Below are positions 55,552 to 64,000 of a stretch of DNA of 64,000 nt, piece after piece. Source of the DNA: Actinomycetota bacterium. Its GTDB lineage: Bacteria > Actinomycetota > Thermoleophilia > Gaiellales > F1-60-MAGs149. The stretch is taken from assembly GCA_026392355.1 (NCBI GenBank), contig JAPLCF010000030.1, positions 522,259 through 586,258 of the forward strand, given 5' to 3'. A model generated the notes under the pieces. It worked only from the letters and a program-made list of their open reading frames with translations. It made no database searches and was not told the origin of the DNA. The first letter of the stretch is position 1. Every line of letters starts with the position of its first letter. Position numbers and translations under genes: made by a program.

Positions 55552-56853
55552 CTAGCTGGCGAAGACCTCGGCCAGCGTCTCCTCGAGGATCGCGAAACCC
55601 TCGTCCAGATCGTCCTTCGTGGCGACGAGCGGTACCAGCACGCGGATCGCGTTGCCGTACAGCCCCGAACCCATCAGGATCAGGCCGCGTTCGCGTGCCA
55701 GTCCGACGATGCGCCCAACCTCCTCGGCGGCGGGCTCCTTCGTGGCGGGATCCTTGACGAGCTCGATCGCCAGCATCGCACCCAAACCACGGACCTCGCC
55801 GACACAGGCGTGGCGCGAGGCGATCGCGTCGAGGCGGGCGCGCAGATCGTCGCCAAACGCCGTGGCGTGCTCCTGGAAGTCGGCATCAAGCACCTGGTCA
55901 AGCGCCACGATCGCCGCGGCACACGAGACGGGGTTACCGCCGAAGGTGCCGCCGAGACCGCCCGGGTGGACGGCATCCATCAGGTCGGCACGGCCGGTCA
56001 CACCCGAGACCGGCATACCACCGCCCATCGACTTGGCCCACGTCGCGAGATCCGGCGAGATGCCGTAGTGCTCGATCGCCGACGGTGTGCCCGTACGCCC
56101 CATGCCCGCCTGCACCTCATCGGAGATGTAGAGGATGCCGTGCTCCTGGCAGATTGCGTACACGCCCTGGATGAACTCTGCGGGCATCGGCAGGAAGCCA
56201 CCCTCGCCCTGCACGGGCTCAAGGATCACCGCGGCGACCTCGGACGGGTCGATCTGGCTCTTGAGCACCTTGCGGAATCCGTCGAGCGCCAGCTCCGTCG
56301 TGATGCCGCGATACAGGTACGGTGCGGGCGAACGGTAGATCTCGGGAGCAAACGGCCCCATGCCCTTCTTGTACGGCATCGGCTTGGACGTCAGCGACAT
56401 GCCAACGAGCGTGCGGCCGTGGAAGCCCTGGTCGAAGCAGATGATCGCGTTGCGCTTGGTGGCGTAGCGCGCGATCTTGATCGCGTTTTCGACGGCCTCT
56501 GCGCCAGAGTTGAGCAGGAGACCCTTAAACGGGCCCTCGCCGGGATGACACGCAACCATGCGCTTAACGGTCTCGATGTAGCCCTCGTACTGGACCACGG
56601 AGTACATCTGGTGCATGTAGCGCGCGGCCTGCTCCTGCACGGCCGCGACGACGGCGTCCGGCGTGTGGCCACAGTTGAGCGAGCCAATGCCTCCGACGAA
56701 GTCGATGTACTCGCGTCCCTCGACGTCCGTGATGCGTGCGCCGTGCGCGTGATCCACAAACAGCGGCTGCGTGAACACCGACGCAGCGACCCAGCGCTCG
56801 CGTTCGGCCTGCAGCGCCGCGGTCTTGGTTCCGGTTCCCTGATCGATCGCCAT
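55552..56853 (-). CDS. class-III aminotransferase, 4-aminobutyrate aminotransferase-like
   Basis: From MAIDQGTGTK (GGAGG upstream). Contains GGIGSLNCGHTPDAVV, LLNSGAEAVENAIKIAR, ISDEVQAGMGRTG and ATWAKSMGGGMP (PLP lysine context). Confidence 0.88.
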   Translation of the reverse strand: MAIDQGTGTKTAALQAERERWVAASVFTQPLFVDHAHGARITDVEGREYIDFVGGIGSLNCGHTPDAVVAAVQEQAARYMHQMYSVVQYEGYIETVKRMVACHPGEGPFKGLLLNSGAEAVENAIKIARYATKRNAIICFDQGFHGRTLVGMSLTSKPMPYKKGMGPFAPEIYRSPAPYLYRGITTELALDGFRKVLKSQIDPSEVAAVILEPVQGEGGFLPMPAEFIQGVYAICQEHGILYISDEVQAGMGRTGTPSAIEHYGISPDLATWAKSMGGGMPVSGVTGRADLMDAVHPGGLGGTFGGNPVSCAAAIVALDQVLDADFQEHATAFGDDLRARLDAIASRHACVGEVRGLGAMLAIELVKDPATKEPAAEEVGRIVGLARERGLILMGSGLYGNAIRVLVPLVATKDDLDEGFAILEETLAEVFAS

Positions 56854-56974
56854 TGAAAGGCCTCCATGCCGCTGCTCGGCGGCGCTCGCGATGTCCGGCA
56901 GCATACCGGCGCGGCCGCGTCCCGGCAGTCGCGCCCCGTCCTGTCCCTTACTATGTGGTCAGGAGGCGATACCC

Positions 56975-58363
56975 ATGGCGACAATGGACACCGCGAAGCT
57001 GCAGGAACAGGCGATCAAGCACCTCTGGCTGCACTTCACCCAGATGGCGGGCTACGACCCGGATAAGCACCCGGTGATGGTGCGCGGTGAGGGCATTCAC
57101 CTGTTCGATTCGAACGGCAACAAGTACATGGACTTCCTGAGCGGGCTGTTCACCGTGCAGATCGGCTACTCGCACGGCGAGGAGATCGGTCGCGCGATGC
57201 TCGAGCAGGCGATGGAGCTGCCGTACTACACGAACTGGACCTACTCGCACCCGCGCGCGATCGAGCTCGCCACGAAGCTGGCCGAGATCACGCCGGAAGG
57301 CATCAACCGCTCGTTCTTCGTGTCCGGCGGCTCGGAAGGCGTTGAGGGCGCAATCAAGCTGGCGCGCGAGTACCACAACGCCAACGGCGAGCCCATGCGC
57401 CGCAAGGTGATCGCCCGGCAGATCGCGTATCACGGCACCACCTACGGCGCCCTGTCCCTGACCGGCATCACCAGCATCCGCACGCCGTTCGAGCCGCTGA
57501 TGAGCGGTGTCCGCCACGTCGCGCCGACGAATCCGTATCGCTGCAAGTACTGCGCAGACCAGGGCAGCTGCAACCTCTCGTGCGCCGAGGAGGTGCGCGA
57601 AGTGATCGAGTTCGAGGGGCCGGAGACGGTCTCGATGGTGATCATGGAGCCGGTGCAGAACGCGGGCGGCTGCTTCACACCGAGCGCCGAGTACCACCAG
57701 CGCGTCAACGAGATCTGCAAGGAGTACGGCGTGCTGCACGCCGCCGACGAGACGATCTGCGGTTACGGGCGCGTCGGCGAGTGGTTCGGCTCGATCCGCT
57801 ACGACTACAAGCCCGACATCATTACGTGCGCCAAGGGCCTCACCTCCGGCTACCAGCCGATGGGTGCCGTGCTGTTCGGCGACAAGATCGCCGACGCACT
57901 GCTCGAGAAGGAGGCGATGTACCTCCACGGCATCACCTTCGGCGGCCATCCGATCGTTGCCGCGGCGGCGCTGAAGAACCTCGAGATCATGGAGCGCGAG
58001 GGCGTCATCGAGAACGTCCGCAACAACCAGGACTATCTCCGCGACCAGTTGCTCGGCCTGAAGGAGCGCTACGAGATCGTCGGCGACGTCCGTGGCGCCG
58101 GCTACTTCTGGGCAATGGAGCTCGTCAAGGACCGCGCCACCAAGGAGACGTTCAACGAGGAGGAGTGCAACGTGCTGCTGCGCGACTTCCTCTCGCCGAC
58201 GCTCCTCGAGGAGGGGCTCCTGTGCCGCGCCGATGATCGTGGCGACCCGGCGATCCAGATCTCGCCGCCGCTGATCACCACGCGCGACCAGATTGATGAG
58301 GCCATTGCCGTCTTCGACCGTGTGCTGCCCGAGGCGCAGAACCGGATGGCGAAGCTGCACTAA
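56975..58363 (+). CDS. class-III aminotransferase (omega-transaminase / aminotransferase of unknown amine specificity)
   Basis: From MATMDTAKLQEQAIKHLWLHF (AGGAGG upstream). Contains FVSGGSEGVEGAIKLAR, AADETICGYGRVGEWFG and ITCAKGLTSGYQPMG. Confidence 0.88.
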   Translation: MATMDTAKLQEQAIKHLWLHFTQMAGYDPDKHPVMVRGEGIHLFDSNGNKYMDFLSGLFTVQIGYSHGEEIGRAMLEQAMELPYYTNWTYSHPRAIELATKLAEITPEGINRSFFVSGGSEGVEGAIKLAREYHNANGEPMRRKVIARQIAYHGTTYGALSLTGITSIRTPFEPLMSGVRHVAPTNPYRCKYCADQGSCNLSCAEEVREVIEFEGPETVSMVIMEPVQNAGGCFTPSAEYHQRVNEICKEYGVLHAADETICGYGRVGEWFGSIRYDYKPDIITCAKGLTSGYQPMGAVLFGDKIADALLEKEAMYLHGITFGGHPIVAAAALKNLEIMEREGVIENVRNNQDYLRDQLLGLKERYEIVGDVRGAGYFWAMELVKDRATKETFNEEECNVLLRDFLSPTLLEEGLLCRADDRGDPAIQISPPLITTRDQIDEAIAVFDRVLPEAQNRMAKLH

Positions 58364-58371
58364 TTGCTGCG

Positions 58372-58412
58372 GCCGTCGACCTACGCGGCGCAGCCCGTAG
58401 TAGGTCGACGGC
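58372..58412. terminator. bidirectional hairpin between convergent genes
   Basis: 13-bp stem GCCGTCGACCTAC ... GTAGGTCGACGGC with a 15-nt loop. Confidence 0.6.
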
Positions 58413-58462
58413 GCGTCAGCGACCGGGTGCGCCAACGTGAGACCCAGAGCGATCGCGCGGAG

Positions 58463-59629
58463 TCAGGCTGACGGCACGACAGCGTCTCGAGTCGGGCGCA
58501 TCGTGTAGACGAGAATCAGGCCGACAATCGCGAAGGCCGCTCCAAAGGCGTAGACCGTCTCGTACCCGGCTGCACTCGCGATGTAGCCAAGCGTGAAGCC
58601 GGCGACGAGCGTGCCGAGGTCGAAGCCCGCTGTGTAGATCGCGAGCGCGGAGTTGCGCTGGGCGCGCGGCGTGCGATCGACGGCCAAGAGGCCGAGAGAC
58701 GGAAACAGGAGCGACCAGGCAAAGCCACACACCACCCCGCCGATCATGCCGATCTCCCAGTTGGGCGCTACCGCAATGATCGACACGCCAGCCAGCGCCA
58801 GGCAGAAGGCGAGCAATCCGGTCTTGTAGGCGCCGAGCTTGTCCGGCAGGTGCCCGATTAACACACGGCCGGCAAAGGTCGCAGCGCCGTAGGCGCCGAT
58901 CACGTAAGCGCCACCACCGCCGCTGCGCGCATCGAAGGTGAGGACGGCGAAGCCGACGATGGTCGCCATCACCACGGCACCACGCATCAGGCCGAGACTT
59001 GGACGGACCGCCTCGCGGGGCACGCTGAGTTTCGGCAGGTCGCCGTGCGTCACCGGCGAGCGCATGCCGATCAACGCGACGAGCGCCAGCGCCGGGGCGA
59101 TCAGCATCAGCGCCTCGGCGGCATGCGTACCCGCATGATCGAGCAGGAGTTGAGCGGACACCGGCCCGAGCGTCAGCCCGGCCCAGACGGCGAGCCCGAA
59201 CAGCGACATCGCCTGCCCACGGCGGCTCTCCGGTGCCAGCTGGATCGCCCAGGAGAGCCCCGCCGTGAACATGCAGGCCTGCCCCACGCCCTGCAACGCG
59301 CGCGCCCCGAAGAGCAGCCACTCACGCTCCGGCGTAATCAGCAGGAAGAGGCCTCCCGACACCGCCAGGAGGAGAAAGCCAAGCGCGAAGATGGCTCTGG
59401 CACCACGCCGATCAATCCCGACGCCGGCGAAGAACCGGGTCGCAAGCGCCGTGGCCGCGAAGATCGTCAGCGTCCAGCCGACCACAACATCCGTCTCGTG
59501 CATGTCCTGCTTGACGATGTCGGGCACAACGGCGAACGCCGCACCCAATGCGATGAAGCCGCCGAGACCGGCCAGAACGACGCGGGCGAAGGCGACGCGC
59601 TTCGGTGATCGCAAATGCCAGTCGCCCAT
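58463..59629 (-). CDS. MFS transporter
   Basis: From MGDWHLRSPKRVAFARVVLAGLGG...; about 12 hydrophobic segments. The upstream part of the 489-aa ORF is discarded as shadow. Confidence 0.8.
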   Translation of the reverse strand: MGDWHLRSPKRVAFARVVLAGLGGFIALGAAFAVVPDIVKQDMHETDVVVGWTLTIFAATALATRFFAGVGIDRRGARAIFALGFLLLAVSGGLFLLITPEREWLLFGARALQGVGQACMFTAGLSWAIQLAPESRRGQAMSLFGLAVWAGLTLGPVSAQLLLDHAGTHAAEALMLIAPALALVALIGMRSPVTHGDLPKLSVPREAVRPSLGLMRGAVVMATIVGFAVLTFDARSGGGGAYVIGAYGAATFAGRVLIGHLPDKLGAYKTGLLAFCLALAGVSIIAVAPNWEIGMIGGVVCGFAWSLLFPSLGLLAVDRTPRAQRNSALAIYTAGFDLGTLVAGFTLGYIASAAGYETVYAFGAAFAIVGLILVYTMRPTRDAVVPSA

Positions 59630-59715
59630 GGCGTCAGGATACGGGGAGCCGCTTCCCCTTTGCGTCCGAGACCGGTTTGCCGATACACTTCGCAGCGATG
59701 CGCACGACGTCGCAC

Positions 59716-59823
59716 ATGCTTGAAGGGACTCTCGGCCGCTCGGCATTCGCCAGCGGCCATGGGGTCGTGGCGTCGTCGCCCGTTTCCTCGCTCCTCCTTC
59801 TCGTCGGCCTCCTTCCCCGCTAA
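59716..59823 (+). promoter_or_regulatory. candidate Leu-rich leader peptide / attenuator upstream of leuA
   Basis: A small ORF (ATG at 59716, or 59698) ends ...VSSLLLLVGLLPR-stop. It has four consecutive Leu codons CTC CTC CTT CTC (59791-59802) and two more at 59809-59814. Hairpins GCGCCG-cttgcc-CGGCGC and GGTGCG-tgcaa-GCGCACC follow, before the leuA RBS. Confidence 0.4.
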
Positions 59824-59922
59824 GGGGAATGCATACGCCTACGCGCCGCTTGCCCGGCGCAGAAAACGACGAGACCACAGGACAGGTGCGTGCAAGCGCA
59901 CCGCACTTCGGAAGGGGGCACG

Positions 59923-61467
<1,545 letters not shown>

Positions 61468-61493
61468 CCTGTAGAACGAGAACGGAGCATCAC

Positions 61494-62537
61494 GTGAAGA
61501 TCGCAGTCCTCCCCGGTGACGGCATCGGCCCCGAGACCACGCGCGTCGCGCTGGCCGTCCTCGCCGCCGCGGGCGAGGCCCATGGCTTCGCCGCTGAGTG
61601 CACCGAGTATCCCTTCGGCGGCAACGCCATCGACTCGCACGGGGATCCGTTTCCCACCGAGACGCGTGCCGCTCTCCCGCACGCCGACGCCGTGCTGAAG
61701 GGTGCGGTCGGCGGACCCAAGTGGGACACCGGCGAGATTCGCCCCGAACAGGGACTGTTGGCGCTGCGTGCGGAACTGAAGGCGTTCGCCAACGTCCGCC
61801 CAATCCGCATGTGGACGGAGAAGCTCGTCTCTCCCCTCCGCCCCGAGCTCGTTGACGGCCTCGACATGATCATCATCCGCGAGCTCACCGGCGGCCTGTA
61901 CTTCGGTCCCAAGGAGCTCACCGCAGAGACCGGCATGGACACGTGCCGCTACTCGGTCGAAGAGGTCGAGCGCGTGGCGCGCTACGCCTTCGATCTGGCG
62001 CGGACGCGCCGCGGCAAGGTGTGCTCGGTCGATAAGCAGAACGTCCTGTCCAGCTCGAAGCTGTGGCGCCAGGTCGTGATTGAGCGCGTGGCGCCGGACT
62101 ACCCGGACGTCGAGCTCTCGCACCAGCTGGTCGACTCCATGGCGATGAAGCTGATCGAGCAGCCGCTGGCGTACGACGTGATCGTCACCGAGAACATGTT
62201 CGGCGACATCCTGTCCGACCTCGCCGCGAGCATCTCCGGCGGCATCGGCCTGGCCCCGAGCTCGTCGCTCGGTGCCTCGCGCCCCGGGCTGTACGAGGCG
62301 ATCCACGGCTCGGCGCCCGATATCGCCGGCAAGGGCATCGCCAACCCGACGGCAATGATCCTGACCGTCGCGATGATGCTGCGCGATCTCGATCAGCGCG
62401 ACGCAGCCGACGCCGTCGAGGCTGCCGCTATTCACTGTCTAGAGCATGGACCACAGACGCCGGACCTCGGCGGCACGGCTACCACCGACGAGGTCGGCGC
62501 TGCGATTGCCGCGCTGGTCGCAAAGGGGAACGCATGA
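61494..62537 (+). CDS. leuB: 3-isopropylmalate dehydrogenase
   Basis: (V)KIAVLPGDGIGPE..., ENMFGDILSD, GSAPDIAGKGIANP. Confidence 0.95.
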   Translation: MKIAVLPGDGIGPETTRVALAVLAAAGEAHGFAAECTEYPFGGNAIDSHGDPFPTETRAALPHADAVLKGAVGGPKWDTGEIRPEQGLLALRAELKAFANVRPIRMWTEKLVSPLRPELVDGLDMIIIRELTGGLYFGPKELTAETGMDTCRYSVEEVERVARYAFDLARTRRGKVCSVDKQNVLSSSKLWRQVVIERVAPDYPDVELSHQLVDSMAMKLIEQPLAYDVIVTENMFGDILSDLAASISGGIGLAPSSSLGASRPGLYEAIHGSAPDIAGKGIANPTAMILTVAMMLRDLDQRDAADAVEAAAIHCLEHGPQTPDLGGTATTDEVGAAIAALVAKGNA

Positions 62538-64000
62538 GCGATACCAATCTGCAGAAGGCACGGGCGCGCAAGGAGCGCATGCTCGGCGCGGAGGCGATCA
62601 TCCGATCGCTCGAGGCCGAGGACGTCACGATCTGCTGGGGCATTCCCGGCGGCGCGATCCTGCCGCTCTACGACGCCTTCATGGCGATCGACCACAGCAT
62701 CGAGCACGTGCTCGTGCGCCACGAGCAGGGTGCTGGCCACATGGCGCAGGGCTATGCCCGCGCGACCGGCAAGGTCGGCGTCTGCATCGCGACCAGCGGT
62801 CCGGGCGCGACGAACCTCGTCACGCCGATTGCCGACGCGTTTCTTGACTCCACCCCGCTCGTCGCGATCACCGGCCAGGTGCCCACGCACCTGATCGGCA
62901 CGGACGCCTTCCAGGAGGCTGACATCACGGGCATCGTGATGCCGATCGTGAAGCACTCGTTCCTCGTCCAGAAGGCCGAGGACATTCCGAAGGCGATCCA
63001 CGAGGCCTTCCACATTGCCAGTACGGGCCGCCCTGGTCCCGTGCTCGTCGACATCCCGAAGGACCTCCAGCTGACGGAGATCGACTTCGCGTACGTCGAC
63101 ACGATCGACCTCGTCGGCTACAGCCCCGAGTTTCCGCGCGAGCTCGAGGGAATTGAAGCTGCAGCCGATCTGATCGCGCACTCGCGCAAGCCGGTCCTAT
63201 ACGTGGGCGGCGGCGTGATCAACGGCGAGGCCTCGGACGACCTGATCCTGCTCGCCGAGGCGATGCAGGTGCCCGTCACGACGACGCTGCTCGCCAAGGG
63301 CGCCTTCCCCGACTCGCATCCGCTGTCGGTGCAGATGCCGGGCATGCACGGCTCGAAGTACGCCAACTGGACGATCCACCGCTCCGACCTACTGATCACC
63401 GTTGGCGCGCGCTTCGACGACCGCGTCACGGGCAAGCTCGACGCCTTCGCGCCGGGCGCGAAGATCATCCACTTCGATATCGATCCGGCGGAGGTTTCCA
63501 AGAACCGCTTTGCGGACGTCTCGCTGGTCGGTGAGCTGCGTGCAACGCTTCCCGCCCTGCGTGACGCCGTGATCGCCCGCAAGGACAACGCCGCACGTCT
63601 TGAGGCCCAGGGTGAGTGGCTGCGCGACGTGCAGAGCTGGAAGCGCGACAACCCGTTCCGCTACAAGAAGGGCGACAAGCTCAAGCCCCAGTACGTGGTG
63701 GAGGCCTTCGACAAGGCCCTCAAGGGCAAGGACGCGATCTGGGTGACGGGCGTCGGCCAGCATCAGATGTGGGCGGCACAGTTCCTGTCGATCGACGGCC
63801 CGCGCCGCTGGCTCACCTCGGGTGGCCTCGGCACGATGGGCTTTGGCGTTCCTGCGGCCATCGGTGCGCAGCAGGGCTGCCCCGACGCGTACGTCGTCAA
63901 CTTCGACGGCGACGGCTGCTTCCAGATGACGATGCAGGAGCTAGCCACGGCCCGCTGCTACGACGTCCCCGCGATCCACGCGGTGATGAACAACGGCTGG
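62534..64000 (+). CDS. ilvB: acetolactate synthase large subunit (5' part; continues past right edge)
   Basis: The ATG overlaps the leuB stop (ATGA). MSDTNLQKARARKERMLGAEAIIRSLEAEDVTICWGIPGGAILPLYDA...HEQGAGHMAQGYARATGKVGVCIATSGPGATNLVTPIADA...GLGTMGFGVPAAIGA. It is missing from the ORF track because it runs off the edge. Confidence 0.93.
   Translation, partial: MSDTNLQKARARKERMLGAEAIIRSLEAEDVTICWGIPGGAILPLYDAFMAIDHSIEHVLVRHEQGAGHMAQGYARATGKVGVCIATSGPGATNLVTPIADAFLDSTPLVAITGQVPTHLIGTDAFQEADITGIVMPIVKHSFLVQKAEDIPKAIHEAFHIASTGRPGPVLVDIPKDLQLTEIDFAYVDTIDLVGYSPEFPRELEGIEAAADLIAHSRKPVLYVGGGVINGEASDDLILLAEAMQVPVTTTLLAKGAFPDSHPLSVQMPGMHGSKYANWTIHRSDLLITVGARFDDRVTGKLDAFAPGAKIIHFDIDPAEVSKNRFADVSLVGELRATLPALRDAVIARKDNAARLEAQGEWLRDVQSWKRDNPFRYKKGDKLKPQYVVEAFDKALKGKDAIWVTGVGQHQMWAAQFLSIDGPRRWLTSGGLGTMGFGVPAAIGAQQGCPDAYVVNFDGDGCFQMTMQELATARCYDVPAIHAVMNNGW

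Overview
High-GC bacterial chromosome segment. The rpmE-prfA-prmC-glyA-wecA-atp synteny and the gene families look actinobacterium-like, but that is inference only. Left to right: (1) F-type ATP synthase genes on the minus strand, where atpD is separated from atpZ/I-B-E-F-H-A-G by a co-oriented peptide ABC-importer operon and a tiny membrane protein. (2) A wecA-like transferase, a glyA broken by an internal deletion plus frameshift, prmC, prfA, a DUF1385 gene and rpmE. (3) An amine/C1 island of about 20 kb. It holds an APC permease, a USP-like gene, a GS-fold ligase and an ACAD-fold flavoprotein; then formate-THF ligase; then heterotetrameric sarcosine-oxidase-like genes in the order delta-alpha-gamma-beta; then a membrane protein, IclR and GNAT. 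It ends with a minus-strand operon of GS-like, GATase-II, GXGXG and FMN-domain genes (with the sox-like genes this is the full N-methylglutamate pathway set), an unknown 153-aa ORF, and a divergent GAF-GAF-PucR regulator. (4) arsR-gapdh-arsJ. (5) etfBA. (6) A phosphate cluster: secreted protein, pstSCAB, a lipoprotein and a secreted C5-epimerase-like protein. (7) Two tandem coiled-coil NlpC/P60 hydrolases. (8) Divergent class-III aminotransferases and an MFS gene. (9) leuA-leuB-ilvB (5' part) with a Leu-rich leader candidate. Three families of structured intergenic repeats occur: a paired 33-bp palindrome at two loci, a roughly 190-bp MITE-like palindromic element at three convergent-gene junctions, and a cluster of four 85-bp units. 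Two perfect 29-30 bp hairpins absorb the last codons of convergent genes. I recognised no rRNA, tRNA, CRISPR array, transposase or integrase. The best candidate for something undescribed is the permease-USP-GS-like-ACAD-fold module attached to the N-methylglutamate island. All functional calls rest on reading the translated ORFs by eye; no searches were run.
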